NCBI GenBank assembly: GCA_946639585.1
Contig: CAMPBS010000005.1
Location: 5,187-69,186 of the forward strand
Direction: 5' to 3'
Length of the DNA: 64,000 nucleotides
From: an uncultured Clostridium sp.
GTDB lineage: Bacteria > Bacillota > Clostridia > TANB77 > CAG-508
Notes under the pieces: generated by a model
Databases searched by the model: none
Seen by the model: only the letters and a program-made list of their open reading frames with translations
Told to the model about the DNA's origin: nothing
Translations under genes and position numbers: made by a program
Shown: positions 40,924-51,438 of the stretch, in pieces
How the letters are laid out: every line of letters starts with the position of its first letter
Numbering within the stretch: the stretch's first letter is position 1

Positions 40924-42297
40924 TTATCCCATATAGTCACGTAATTTTTTAGAACGACTTGGATGTCTTAATTTTCTTAGTGCTTTTGCTTCTATTTGAC
41001 GAATTCTTTCTCTTGTTACTTGGAATTCACGGCCTACTTCTTCTAATGTACGAGCTTTTCCGTCTTCTAAACCAAATCTTAATTTTAGAACTTTAGCTTC
41101 TCTAGGTGTTAATGTGTTCATTATTTCTTCTAATTGTTCTCTTAACAATGTGTAGGCAGCAGAATCATGTGGAGCCGGACTATCATCATCTTGTATAAAA
41201 TCACCCAAATGACTGTCATCTTCTTCTCCTATTGGTGTTTCCAAAGATACTGGGTCTTGTGCTATTTTTTGAATTTCTACAACTTTTTCTACTGGAATTT
41301 CCATTTCTTCAGCTATTTCTTCTACACTTGGTTCTCTACCCAATTGTTGCAATAAATGTCTTGATGTTCTTATCAATTTGTTTATTGTTTCTACCATGTG
41401 TACTGGAATTCTTATTGTTCTAGCTTGGTCAGCTATTGCTCTTGTTATTGCTTGACGAATCCACCATGTTGCATAAGTACTGAATTTGAATCCTTTTGTG
41501 TAATCAAATTTTTCAACAGCTTTTATCAACCCCATGTTTCCTTCTTGAATTAAGTCTAAGAATAGCATTCCTCTACCAACATATTTTTTTGCTATACTTA
41601 CAACAAGTCTTAGGTTAGATTCTGCAAGTTCTTGTCTTGCTTCTTCATCATCTTGTAAAATTCTTTTTGCTAGATCTAATTCTTGATCATATGTTAAAAG
41701 TGGTATTCTTCCTATTTCTCTTAAATACATTCTTACAGGGTCGTCTATATTTATTCCTTCATAAGTTGTTTCTGTTATTTGATCTAATTTTAAGTTTTCT
41801 ACTTCTTTTAAATCTTCATCATCTGGTTCTTCGTCGAAATCATCATCACTTAATAAATCTATTCCTATTTCTTCAAAAGCATCAAATACTTCATCTATTT
41901 GGTCAGGTGTTACATCATCTAATTCTTTTGCCAAATCTTCATATGTAATTTGACCTTTTTCTTTTGCCTTTTTTAATATTGAACTTACTTTTTCCTCTTT
42001 TAATTTGCCTTTTTCTTCGCTTTTTTCTGAGTTGTTTTCTTTCTTGTTTTCAGAAATTTCTTCCATTGATATTTGTTCTGTTTTTTCCTTTTTATTCTTT
42101 TTAACTTCTTCTTTTAGCTCATCTTTTAGTTTTTCTTTTTTGGCTTTTTTAACTTTTTCCTTTTTTTCTGGTTCAATCTTTGAGTCTACTTCTTTTGTCT
42201 TTTCTTCTTTTTTCTTTACCTCTTTTTTTGCTGTTGTTTTTGTAGTTTTTTTAACTTCTTCCTCAACATTCTCTTTCTTTTTTGGCATTTTTTTCAT
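40924..42297 (-). CDS. rpoD: RNA polymerase sigma factor RpoD/SigA with long K/E-rich N-terminal extension
   Basis: Regions 2-4 are canonical ([47 protein letters not shown]). Confidence 0.95.
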   Translation of the reverse strand: MKKMPKKKENVEEEVKKTTKTTAKKEVKKKEEKTKEVDSKIEPEKKEKVKKAKKEKLKDELKEEVKKNKKEKTEQISMEEISENKKENNSEKSEEKGKLKEEKVSSILKKAKEKGQITYEDLAKELDDVTPDQIDEVFDAFEEIGIDLLSDDDFDEEPDDEDLKEVENLKLDQITETTYEGINIDDPVRMYLREIGRIPLLTYDQELDLAKRILQDDEEARQELAESNLRLVVSIAKKYVGRGMLFLDLIQEGNMGLIKAVEKFDYTKGFKFSTYATWWIRQAITRAIADQARTIRIPVHMVETINKLIRTSRHLLQQLGREPSVEEIAEEMEIPVEKVVEIQKIAQDPVSLETPIGEEDDSHLGDFIQDDDSPAPHDSAAYTLLREQLEEIMNTLTPREAKVLKLRFGLEDGKARTLEEVGREFQVTRERIRQIEAKALRKLRHPSRSKKLRDYMG

Positions 42298-42304
42298 TCC
42301 TTTC

Positions 42305-44080
42305 CTACTTTATTTTTGCCAATTTATAAATTATTTCATTAAGCTCTTTTAGCAAACTTTCCTGTTCTTCTTTACTTAAATTTTCGCCTCTTAATTTTAT
42401 TATTTCTTGTTTTCTTTCATTCAATTTTTCTTTTTCATAATTTTTTAAAACATCATCAATAGCTTTTTCTGTGTTTTCTATTCCATAATCTTCTGCTAAA
42501 ATTGCTGTTACATGATTTTGCTCTTCTTCTGAAAGCTTGTCTATTATACTATTTATATTACTATTTCCTTTTTCAAATTCTTCATACAATTTAATAGCTA
42601 TTTTTTTATCTATTTCATATTTAAAGTCTTCGGCTTTTACATTTTGTTTTATTATTTCAAAAACATTGTAATTTTCATCTAATAGAAGTGACAAAATCGT
42701 GTCTTCCCTTTTCTTTATTTTTTCAGAAACATTTGAAACTTCTTTTTTTATTTTTGTTACTACTCTCGTTTTTTCCAGTACTTTTTCATTGTTTACATTT
42801 GAATATTTTAGCTTGTTTACTTGAGCATATATTGCTTCTTTTGATATATTATATGTTTTTGCAATGTTTTCAATATATACTTCTCTTTCCATATTATTTT
42901 CTACTGATGAGATTAATTTAGATATTTCATTTAAAAATTTAATTTTATCTGATGTATTTTCTAGATTTAAATCCTTTTTTAGTATTTTTACTTTGTATTC
43001 TATTAAGGAAATTGCTTTGTCCATTAAAGCCTGGAATCTAGCATTTCCATATTTTATAATGTATTCGTCTGGGTCTTTTGCGCCTTCCATTTGTAAAATT
43101 CTCATATCGCAACCCATGTTTTGCAAAATTTCTATTGACCTTAAAATCGCAGTTTGACCAGCTCCATCTGAATCAAACCCTAATATTACTTGCTCAGAAT
43201 TTCTTCTTAATAGCCAACCTTGGTTTTGTGTAAGAGCTGTTCCTAAAGCCCCAACTACATTTGTTATGCCTCTTTGATGAAGTGATATAACATCCATGTA
43301 ACCTTCAACAATTAGTATTTTCTTTAAATCTGATTTTTTTGCTACATTTAGTCCAAATAAGTGTCTCCCCTTACTATAAACTACATTTTCTGGTGAATTT
43401 ATATATTTAGGCTTTGAATCGTCTAAAACTCTTCCACCAAATGCTATAACTCTTCCTCTAATATCACAAATTGGAAACATTAATCTATTTCTGTATCTAT
43501 CAATGTATTTTCCATTTTCGTTTTTATTTACTAATCCAGATTCAAGTATTTCTTTGTCTTCAAACCCTTGCTGTTTTAAAGCTTTGTACAATTCGTCATG
43601 CTTACCTGAAAAGCCAATTTTATAAGCTTTTAGCGTTTCATTGCTAAGCTTTCTCTTTTTTACATATTCTTGCCCTGGTTTTGCTTCTGGCTTGTACAAA
43701 TTTTGATGATAGAATTCTGCTGTAAATTCATTTACTTTATATACTTTTGCTTTTAACTCTTCTTTTTCTGAGTCATTGTTTCCTTCTAGTGTTGGAAGTG
43801 TTATATTTGCTCTTGCTGCTAGGTTTTGTACTGCTTCTATAAAGCTTATATTCTCTATTTTACTAAGAAAAGAAAAAACATTTCCACCTACTCCGCACCC
43901 AAAACAATGAAATATTTGCTTGTCTGGCGAAACTGAAAATGAAGGTGATTTTTCATTATGAAATGGGCATAAACCAAAATAATTTCTACCACTTCTTTTT
44001 AGATGCACATATTGTGAAATTACATCTACAATGTCGTTTGATTGTCTTACTTCGTCAATTATTGCTTCACTATAGCGCAC
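42305..44080 (-). CDS. dnaG: DNA primase
   Basis: Zinc finger [26 protein letters not shown] and a TOPRIM domain (IVEGYMDV). GTG start. Confidence 0.95.
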   Translation of the reverse strand: MRYSEAIIDEVRQSNDIVDVISQYVHLKRSGRNYFGLCPFHNEKSPSFSVSPDKQIFHCFGCGVGGNVFSFLSKIENISFIEAVQNLAARANITLPTLEGNNDSEKEELKAKVYKVNEFTAEFYHQNLYKPEAKPGQEYVKKRKLSNETLKAYKIGFSGKHDELYKALKQQGFEDKEILESGLVNKNENGKYIDRYRNRLMFPICDIRGRVIAFGGRVLDDSKPKYINSPENVVYSKGRHLFGLNVAKKSDLKKILIVEGYMDVISLHQRGITNVVGALGTALTQNQGWLLRRNSEQVILGFDSDGAGQTAILRSIEILQNMGCDMRILQMEGAKDPDEYIIKYGNARFQALMDKAISLIEYKVKILKKDLNLENTSDKIKFLNEISKLISSVENNMEREVYIENIAKTYNISKEAIYAQVNKLKYSNVNNEKVLEKTRVVTKIKKEVSNVSEKIKKREDTILSLLLDENYNVFEIIKQNVKAEDFKYEIDKKIAIKLYEEFEKGNSNINSIIDKLSEEEQNHVTAILAEDYGIENTEKAIDDVLKNYEKEKLNERKQEIIKLRGENLSKEEQESLLKELNEIIYKLAKIK

Positions 44081-44156
44081 GAATTTTCCTCTCTTTCTAT
44101 AAAATAATATACATAATTATATTATTCGACATGTTTTACATAAATCCTTCTAAAAA

Positions 44157-44192
44157 TCTAAAAAAAGCAGTTTTAAAACTGCTTTTTTTAGA
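44157..44192. terminator. long palindromic terminator
   Basis: TCTAAAAAAAGCAGTTTT/AAAACTGCTTTTTTTAGA. Confidence 0.7.
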
Positions 44193-45339
44193 TTTTTCTA
44201 TTCATTGCGCCTACTGGCCCAAATACGCAAGGTTGCTCACATCTCCATCCTGGGAATGTACAACGAGCTCCCTTTGAATATGGTAATAAGTATTTGTATA
44301 CTTCTTCATTAGAATCTATTGTTGCATCTAAATATTTTCTCATAGTAACCATTGTTTGTTCCATTATTTCTAATTGAGCGGCTCCACACAAACGCTCTGT
44401 GCATTTTAGTACAAAGTTTTCTACTGTTCCTCTCTCATTTATTTGTAATAACATTCCTTGTGGGAAATATTCTTTTAATGATTCTATGTCTTTTAACCAT
44501 TCCGCCTCAAGTTCTGTACCTCTTATAATTGGTGGAATATAATATTTTGGTTCTTCTAACAAAGTCATTTCATAAATTAAGGTTCTATGTCTTTGTGCTT
44601 GTGCAAGTTCAGCAAAGCTTGCTAAATATGTTGTGCAATAGTTTTCGCCAAATTCTTCTTTTCTATTTTTTCTTGTCGCAAAGAATGATAGTCCTCTTTT
44701 TTTCATGTCAGCATTTAAACCCTCAACTTGTAAATCTGGCATTGCATCTAAGAATTCCTTAAACACTTCTTTTAGTTTTATATCAAAAGTTGTATTTTTT
44801 GTTTCATCATTTATATAGTTTTCGAAAAAATGAGCTATGTAATTTAATTGTCCAAAATTAACTGTGTATTCCATTACTGTTGCAGGTGTAAATACACTTA
44901 TTAAGTATCTTGCATTTTCTTGTGCTAGTTTTTGAACTCTTTTTTCATCAATATTTGGATATGCTTTTGCTATTTCGTTTTTGTATATTTCTATCCATTT
45001 TTCATATAATACTTTTTCTGCTTCAGATGGTTCCATTTTTGTATATCTAGCTGATTTTTCAGATGTATTATACATTTTCTCATTATTTAAAATCATTGCT
45101 AAAATTTTAGGAATTCCTTCTAAACTTAAATTATATGTTGGGTGATTAAATACACTGTGGTGTCCAGATTTTAATGTCATATTTGCTCTTTTAGCTGTTT
45201 TTTCTTCTGGCTCATTAAATAGCGTTTCTAATGTGTCTGGTAAATAGCATATACCTGCTGATTTACCTGAAAAATTTAATGCTTCTTCTTTTGACATTTC
45301 ATATCCTACTTTTGTTGATGCGATTACTTTTATTTTCAT
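44188..45339 (-). CDS. divergent ThyX-fold (FAD-dependent thymidylate synthase-like) protein
   Basis: MKIKVIASTKV.. and KSGHHSVFNHPTYNLSLEGIPKILAMILNNEKMYNTSEKSARY align by eye to ThyX GHxSxFEH...RHRxxSxxxxSxRY. The RHR position reads NNE, and an RHR occurs later (AQAQRHRTL). Confidence 0.45.
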   Translation of the reverse strand: MKIKVIASTKVGYEMSKEEALNFSGKSAGICYLPDTLETLFNEPEEKTAKRANMTLKSGHHSVFNHPTYNLSLEGIPKILAMILNNEKMYNTSEKSARYTKMEPSEAEKVLYEKWIEIYKNEIAKAYPNIDEKRVQKLAQENARYLISVFTPATVMEYTVNFGQLNYIAHFFENYINDETKNTTFDIKLKEVFKEFLDAMPDLQVEGLNADMKKRGLSFFATRKNRKEEFGENYCTTYLASFAELAQAQRHRTLIYEMTLLEEPKYYIPPIIRGTELEAEWLKDIESLKEYFPQGMLLQINERGTVENFVLKCTERLCGAAQLEIMEQTMVTMRKYLDATIDSNEEVYKYLLPYSKGARCTFPGWRCEQPCVFGPVGAMNRKI

Positions 45340-45390
45340 TTTTTCCAATCCTTCCTTTTTAGCTAAATATTATTATTTTTTTCTTAAATA

Positions 45391-46068
45391 CTAATTCTTA
45401 TTTGATGAATTAGCACTTACAATATAAATATTTTCATTAGATTTTTCTAATATTACTTGTTTTTTTGTAAATCTATCCATGTTTTCTTTTACAACTTTTT
45501 TTATATTTCCATCTGTTGCTTCTTCTTCCGTTAATTCATATATTTCTTCATCATTTACATTTTTGATTTTTATTTTTCCTGTGTCAGAATTTGTGTAATC
45601 TACAAGATACTCAACTATTTCAACATCATATCCATTATTATTTTTTTCTATTTTGTTTATTAAGAATGTATCGTTTATGGCATCTATATTCATTTGTTTT
45701 ACTTGATACTTTCCGCTTTGCTCATCAAATGAAATAAAATCTGTTCCATCTTTTGGATATTCCTTATTGAAATTATTTCCAAATAATTCTTTTCTAGTTT
45801 TTTCTATTTTTTCATATTCTATTTCGTTATCATCTATGTTATCTCTTAAAATTCCCCAAATCCATTTTTCATTTGCATTATTAATATTATCGAATTCTGG
45901 TAAAGCTTGGTCTGTAATTTCTTTCCACCCATATATTTTTTTTATATATTCTTCTATTTTATTTATTTCATCAATCTTTATTTCTGCTTCTTTTTCGTTC
46001 GTCCTAAAAATTAGTAACCCTATAAAAATAATCAGCAAAATAACTATTGTTATAAACATTTTTTTCAT
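45391..46068 (-). CDS. membrane-anchored hypothetical protein
   Basis: AAGGAGG RBS before MKKMFITIVILLIIFIGLLIF (ATG at 46068). No recognisable motif. Confidence 0.55.
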   Translation of the reverse strand: MKKMFITIVILLIIFIGLLIFRTNEKEAEIKIDEINKIEEYIKKIYGWKEITDQALPEFDNINNANEKWIWGILRDNIDDNEIEYEKIEKTRKELFGNNFNKEYPKDGTDFISFDEQSGKYQVKQMNIDAINDTFLINKIEKNNNGYDVEIVEYLVDYTNSDTGKIKIKNVNDEEIYELTEEEATDGNIKKVVKENMDRFTKKQVILEKSNENIYIVSANSSNKN

Positions 46069-46158
46069 TTGCTGCCTCCTTATTTTCATCCCTTGCACAT
46101 TCTATCATAGTGTTTTTTATTATTCAATATTATTATTGACATTTTTCGATTTTTTTAT

Positions 46159-46202
46159 CTTAACTTTTTAGAAGTGTCCCAAAAAGTTAAGTGTCCAAAA
46201 GG
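46159..46202. repeat. copy e of the GTGTCCCAAAAAG repeat family plus an adjacent half-copy
   Basis: CTTAACTTTTAGAAGTGTCCCAAAAAGTTAAG followed by GTGTCCAAAAGG. Confidence 0.65.
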
Positions 46203-46216
46203 TTTAGATACAACGC

Positions 46217-46243
46217 AAAAAAGGTGGGAAATTCCCACCTTTT
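46217..46243. terminator. terminator after the 128-aa gene
   Basis: AAAAAAGGTGGGAA-A-TTCCCACCTTTT. Confidence 0.75.
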
Positions 46244-46308
46244 GTTCTTATATTACAGTACAAATTGCCATAAATTATTTTTTTGGCGATTTCTTTATAT
46301 TTTTCTCA

Positions 46309-46695
46309 TTATGCTAATTTTTCTGACTCATTCTGATATAAATCTATTTCTTTTTTATATATTTTTAACTCTGTTTTTTCATTCTCAATTTTTTTGTCTA
46401 AGAATTTTAACTCTTCATTTCCTAATTTTATAAACATTATTAAATCTTCTTTTGTTAATTCTTTTATATCTACCTGATTTTCTTTTATTTTTTTGTATAA
46501 TTCTATGCATTCTTCTCTAGATTTAGTGCTTGCTTGCGGTTCTGTTTCATGTTGTATTTCTATTTCTTTGTTTTGCTCTTGTTTTAATTCCATCTCATGT
46601 TCTGGTTTTGGTAAAGCATCCATTTTATCTTTTTTGAAAATATTTTTTAAAAAACTTTTTATTTTTTCCCATATACTTTTTCTTTCGCTACCCAT
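46309..46695 (-). CDS. hypothetical coiled-coil protein
   Basis: 128-aa K/E-rich ORF. No motif. Confidence 0.45.
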   Translation of the reverse strand: MGSERKSIWEKIKSFLKNIFKKDKMDALPKPEHEMELKQEQNKEIEIQHETEPQASTKSREECIELYKKIKENQVDIKELTKEDLIMFIKLGNEELKFLDKKIENEKTELKIYKKEIDLYQNESEKLA

Positions 46696-46718
46696 AATTA
46701 ATTTTCTCCTATTTTTAG

Positions 46719-46913
46719 TTACATTTGCATTTCCTGTTTTATATTGCTTAATTCTTTCAATCCTTTTAACATTTGCTTTAATTTTTCTTTTTTCATCATT
46801 TTTTGTATTAAAACATTCTTTGATATATCTAATTTTTCTTTAACCTCATTTGCTTCTTGTTGTAATTCTTCTAATGATAATTCATTATTATCCAGTTGTT
46901 CTTCTTTAATCAT
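46719..46913 (-). CDS. hypothetical small coiled-coil protein
   Basis: AGGGGGA RBS 9 nt before MIKEEQLDNNELSLEELQQ... Confidence 0.4.
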   Translation of the reverse strand: MIKEEQLDNNELSLEELQQEANEVKEKLDISKNVLIQKMMKKEKLKQMLKGLKELSNIKQEMQM

Positions 46914-46966
46914 TTGTAACATTCCCCCTTGCATATAATTCTAACAAACCCATATTTTTTTGTCAA

Positions 46967-48109
46967 TCAATTTGTTACTATTTTTTCTATACAATTTACC
47001 AAATAATCTACATCATCTATTGTGTTATCTTCGCCAAAAGTAATCCTTAATGCCGATTTAGCTGTATCCTCATCTCTTCCTATCGCAGTTAATACATGTG
47101 ATGGTTCTGGACTTCCTGTTGAACAAGCTGAAGCACTTGATGCACTTATTCCTTTTTGATCTAATTTAAGTAAAAGCGTATTTCCTTCAATATCTAAAAA
47201 TGAAAAATTTGCATTGCCAGGCAGTCTTTGTATAATGTTTTGATCTCTTGGTCCATTTAATATTACATTTGGAATCTTTCTCTCTATCTCAGAAATATAA
47301 TAATCTCTTAGTTTTGTTAAATATCTAATATGCGTATTTAGCCCTTGTTTACAAATTCTACATGCTTCACCTAATCCAACTATTCCAGCTACATTTTCCG
47401 TTCCTGCTCTTTTTCCTTTTTCTTGATGTCCACCATTCATAAAATTTTCAAAATCAATTCCTTTTTTTACATATAATGCCCCTATCCCTTTAGGAGCATA
47501 TATTTTATGTCCTGATAGACTTAGCATATCTATTCCAAGTTTTTCTACATCTATTGAAATATTTCCACATGCTTGAACTGCATCTGTATGAAATATTATT
47601 CCTGCATTATGAGCAATATTAGCAATTTCTTTTATTGGCTGAATTGTACCAATTTCGTTATTTGCAAACATTATACTTATTAAAATTGTATTTTGTGTAA
47701 TCGATTTTTTTAATTGTTCTAAATTTATAAATCCTTCTTCATTAACATCTAAATATGTAATTTCAAAACCTTCCTTTTCTAAGTTTTTGCATGAATTCAT
47801 TATTGCTGGATGCTCAATTTTTGATGTTATTATATGGTTTCCCTTTTCTCTTTTTTTATATGCAATCCCTTTTAACGCAGTATTATCACTTTCTGAGCCG
47901 CAAGATGTAAAATAAATCTCATTTGGATTTGCATTTATCAAATTTGCCACATTTATTCTAGAATTCTCTATTGCTCTTTTTGCACTTCTTCCAAGTGTGT
48001 ACATTGATGATGGATTCCCATATTCTTTTTTTAAAAATGGTAACATCGCATCCAAAACTTCTGGTTTTATTCTTGTTGTTGCACTATTATCAAAATATAA
48101 AGATCCCAT
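46967..48109 (-). CDS. nifS: cysteine desulfurase (NifS/IscS class V aminotransferase)
   Basis: LYFDNSATT, PLP site SLSGHKIYAPKGIG, and active-site loop SASSASACSTG. The ATG at 48109 is supported because the upstream terminator overlaps the longer track ORF. Confidence 0.9.
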   Translation of the reverse strand: MGSLYFDNSATTRIKPEVLDAMLPFLKKEYGNPSSMYTLGRSAKRAIENSRINVANLINANPNEIYFTSCGSESDNTALKGIAYKKREKGNHIITSKIEHPAIMNSCKNLEKEGFEITYLDVNEEGFINLEQLKKSITQNTILISIMFANNEIGTIQPIKEIANIAHNAGIIFHTDAVQACGNISIDVEKLGIDMLSLSGHKIYAPKGIGALYVKKGIDFENFMNGGHQEKGKRAGTENVAGIVGLGEACRICKQGLNTHIRYLTKLRDYYISEIERKIPNVILNGPRDQNIIQRLPGNANFSFLDIEGNTLLLKLDQKGISASSASACSTGSPEPSHVLTAIGRDEDTAKSALRITFGEDNTIDDVDYLVNCIEKIVTN

Positions 48110-48148
48110 AATAATCACTTCCCTATATTTAATGTATGTTGAGCTAAC

Positions 48149-48177
48149 AAAAAAATTCGGCATAGCCGAATTTTTTT
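48149..48177. terminator. terminator after the WG-repeat gene (twin of 40892-40919)
   Basis: AAAAAAATTCGGC-ATA-GCCGAATTTTTTT. Confidence 0.75.
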
Positions 48178-49915
48178 ACTTATTACTAAAATATACTTCT
48201 CCAAAACCAAATACTACTTGATAGTACTTTCCTAGGAATATTGGTTCAAAGCTTCCCTTTATTTCATATTTAGGTTCTTGTACTATTTTTCCTTCTGAGT
48301 TTATTGAACCCCATTTTCCATTTTTGCATATTCCTGCATATCCGTATTTGTTAAATTCTGTAACTCTATCATATTCAAAATTCACTTTTGTTTTACCAGA
48401 GTTATCTACAAATCCCCATTTTCCATTTTCTTGTTTTGCATATAGTTTGTTGTTTGGATAAACTTCTTTATTTGTAACAACTTTTCCATCATTATTTATA
48501 TAAAATACTTCACTGTTATTATATATTTTTAAATAGTCTTCTACTTGCTGAATTGCTGCATTTTTTAACTCACATACTTTTTCAAATTTATCATTAAATA
48601 TAGTTGTTATATTTCCGTTGGTTACAGTTGTTTGAATAAGTTTTGCACTTTTTATTCCTTGAACAGAATTATATTTTAGGTTGATTTTTTGATTATTATT
48701 TTCGTCAACAACTCCAAGTAAACCATTATTGTCACATACTATAAAATAGTTATCAAATAAATACTCTATATATGTGTATTCACTTGGGATTATATTTTTC
48801 CCATTTTTATCTTCAACACCATATAATGTTTTATTATTTTGATTTGTCATTACAATAATATATTTTCCATCTTCTATTTCTCTTTTTGAAACGTTTGCTG
48901 GTAGTTCAACTTTTTTTCCATTGGCGTCTAATACTTCTGTTTCTCCTTGTTTTGGTCTAGCGTAAATATATTTTCCAATTGTATCTATTTGAGCAAATTT
49001 TGTTTCAACAATTATTTTTCCATTTATATCTGAAAAACCAAATTTTCTACTTTTTTCTATAATAAAGATATTATTAATTTGATTATAATCTATTGATTGG
49101 TATTCTGTGTTTAATATGTTTGAATTGTTTTTATATATTCCATATTGACCATTTTTAGATGCTATAAAATAAATATTTTTATCATCATTTATATTTGAAA
49201 CTCTTAAAATATCATTAAATTCAGTATTTAGTATTGTATCTCCTTTTAAATCTACATATCCATATCTAAAGCCTTCTTTTGTTTTAATTCCAACAATATA
49301 TCCGGCTTTTTTATAGCCATCTTTTTCTGTATAATATCCGTCTGCTTTGATTATTTCATATTGTGGTTCTAGTAATGTAACACCATTTATATTTATTACA
49401 CCAAATTTTCCTTCTTGTTCAACTACAAGCTCTCCTTCTTTATATTCTAAAGCATCAATAGATCCATAAATTGGCTTTGTAATTTCTTTTCCACTATAGT
49501 CAATTAAGCCATATTTTCCATCTTTTTTATATTTTAATACACTTTTTTCATAAATAAGATTGCTTGCAAGATTTTTTAACTTTATGTAATTAACTTCCTC
49601 ATAATCTTTAAACAATTCTTCACCTTGTTCATTTAGAACTTTCGTCTTATTTTCTTTAGATGTACATATAAATATTGATTTTGATGGATTAGGTATTACA
49701 ACATTTTGATATTTAGGTTCAACTATTATTTGGGCTTCTTTATCAATAACCCCAAAATTTTCTCCATCTTGTACTACAAAATATTTATAATCTTCCACTT
49801 TTTCTATATTATAATCTCTAGATGCAATTTTTGAATTTTGCATTATAAAAAATACAGATACTCCAATTATTATTGCAACTAATATCGCAATAATTATTAC
49901 TTTATTTTTTTTCAT
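48176..49915 (-). CDS. membrane-anchored WG-repeat (KWG-type) protein
   Basis: N-terminal transmembrane segment, then about 12 units such as GKYGLIDYSGKEITKPIY, GKFGVININGVTLLEPQY, GKWGFVDNSGK and GKWGSINSEGK. Confidence 0.7.
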   Translation of the reverse strand: MKKNKVIIIAILVAIIIGVSVFFIMQNSKIASRDYNIEKVEDYKYFVVQDGENFGVIDKEAQIIVEPKYQNVVIPNPSKSIFICTSKENKTKVLNEQGEELFKDYEEVNYIKLKNLASNLIYEKSVLKYKKDGKYGLIDYSGKEITKPIYGSIDALEYKEGELVVEQEGKFGVININGVTLLEPQYEIIKADGYYTEKDGYKKAGYIVGIKTKEGFRYGYVDLKGDTILNTEFNDILRVSNINDDKNIYFIASKNGQYGIYKNNSNILNTEYQSIDYNQINNIFIIEKSRKFGFSDINGKIIVETKFAQIDTIGKYIYARPKQGETEVLDANGKKVELPANVSKREIEDGKYIIVMTNQNNKTLYGVEDKNGKNIIPSEYTYIEYLFDNYFIVCDNNGLLGVVDENNNQKINLKYNSVQGIKSAKLIQTTVTNGNITTIFNDKFEKVCELKNAAIQQVEDYLKIYNNSEVFYINNDGKVVTNKEVYPNNKLYAKQENGKWGFVDNSGKTKVNFEYDRVTEFNKYGYAGICKNGKWGSINSEGKIVQEPKYEIKGSFEPIFLGKYYQVVFGFGEVYFSNK

Positions 49916-49965
49916 ATTTTATCTCCTTGTGTATTAATTTTTTGTAGCTCTTTTATATGCTACAA

Positions 49966-51285
49966 TTATTCTTCCTCATCTTCTTCTAAAATTGTTTTAA
50001 TTATATTTTTACAAGCTTTAACTTTTACGATTCTCTTATCTTCATATTCTTCTATTTTAAAGGTAACTTCTTTAGTTTCAATTACTGGCAATTCTTCATC
50101 TTCAGGTATTCTTCCCATTTCTTCTTGTAAGTAACCAGATAATGTGTCATAGTCACCTTCCGGAATTTTTGTATTTAGTAATTTATTTACATCATAAATT
50201 GTCATACTTCCACTTAGAATATATGTGTTTTCATCAATTTTTTCGTATTCTTCTTCTATTTCGTCATATTCGTCGTAAATATCTCCAACAAGTTCTTCTA
50301 AAATGTCTTCCATTGTAACTAATCCAGCTGTTCCGCCGTATTCGTCAACTATTATTGCCATTTGTTTTTTATTCTTTTGAAGTTCTTTGAACAATTCGTT
50401 TATTAATTTATTTTGTGGAACAAAATATGCTTCTTTCATAGTTGTTTTTATTTTAAATGTCTTTTTATTCATATTTTTTAAGATATCTTTTACATATAAA
50501 ATTCCTTTAATTTCGTCAATTGTTTCGTCATAAACAGGAATTCTACTATGTCTATATTCTTCTTCTGATATTAGTTCCAACAATTCTGATGGTGTTGTAC
50601 GAACATCTATTGCAAAGATATCTGTTCTGTGTGTCATAATTTCTGAAACCGTAATATCATTGAATTCAAAAACATTATTTATTAATTCTTTTTCTTCTTC
50701 CTCTATTGCCCCTTTTTCTTCCCCTTGGTCTACCATCATTCTTATTTCTTCTTCTGTTACAGTTTCTTCATCTGTTTCACTTACACCAAACATTTTAGAA
50801 ATTCCATTTGTTACCCAAGTTAATAATTTTACAAATGGTGCCGTTAAAACTGATATTGTTCTTATTATTCCTATTGTAGCAAATGATATTTTTTCATAAT
50901 TTTTCATTGCTAAACGTTTTGGAACAAGCTCTCCAAAAACTAATGTAAAGAATGATAAAACTATTGTTATTAAAATTATTGATATTGTTTTCCATGTAGT
51001 TATTGAAAGTGCTGGAATCCAATTGTTTAACACTGGAGCTAAGTCTTGGGCAAATGCATCTGATGCAAACGCACTTGATAAAAATCCTGCAAGTGTTATT
51101 CCTATTTGTATTGTTGCTAAAAACTTACTTGGTGTTTTTAACATTTTTTGAATTTGTTTTGCTTTTTTATTTCCTTCTTTTGCCTGTTTGTCTATTTTTG
51201 CGTCATTTAACGATATAAATGCTATTTCACTAGCCGCGAAAAATGCATTTAATCCTATAAGTAGTATTAGTATAAATATTTGCAT
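49966..51285 (-). CDS. hemolysin-family/CNNM transporter (DUF21 + CBS pair + CorC_HlyC)
   Basis: The N-terminal membrane domain starts MQIFILILLIGLNAFFAASEIAF. CBS region, then a C-terminal transporter-associated domain. Confidence 0.85.
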   Translation of the reverse strand: MQIFILILLIGLNAFFAASEIAFISLNDAKIDKQAKEGNKKAKQIQKMLKTPSKFLATIQIGITLAGFLSSAFASDAFAQDLAPVLNNWIPALSITTWKTISIILITIVLSFFTLVFGELVPKRLAMKNYEKISFATIGIIRTISVLTAPFVKLLTWVTNGISKMFGVSETDEETVTEEEIRMMVDQGEEKGAIEEEEKELINNVFEFNDITVSEIMTHRTDIFAIDVRTTPSELLELISEEEYRHSRIPVYDETIDEIKGILYVKDILKNMNKKTFKIKTTMKEAYFVPQNKLINELFKELQKNKKQMAIIVDEYGGTAGLVTMEDILEELVGDIYDEYDEIEEEYEKIDENTYILSGSMTIYDVNKLLNTKIPEGDYDTLSGYLQEEMGRIPEDEELPVIETKEVTFKIEEYEDKRIVKVKACKNIIKTILEEDEEE

Positions 51286-51438
51286 TGGGTTTATTATTCT
51301 CTCCTTTTTTCTTTAAAATTTATCTTTTATATTATACTTGGTTTTAAAAAATATTTCAATATTTTTTAATTAAATATATATTTAAAATTTGCAAAAAAAA
51401 AATTTAATGGTATAATAGGAAAAAAAGGAGGAATTTTT

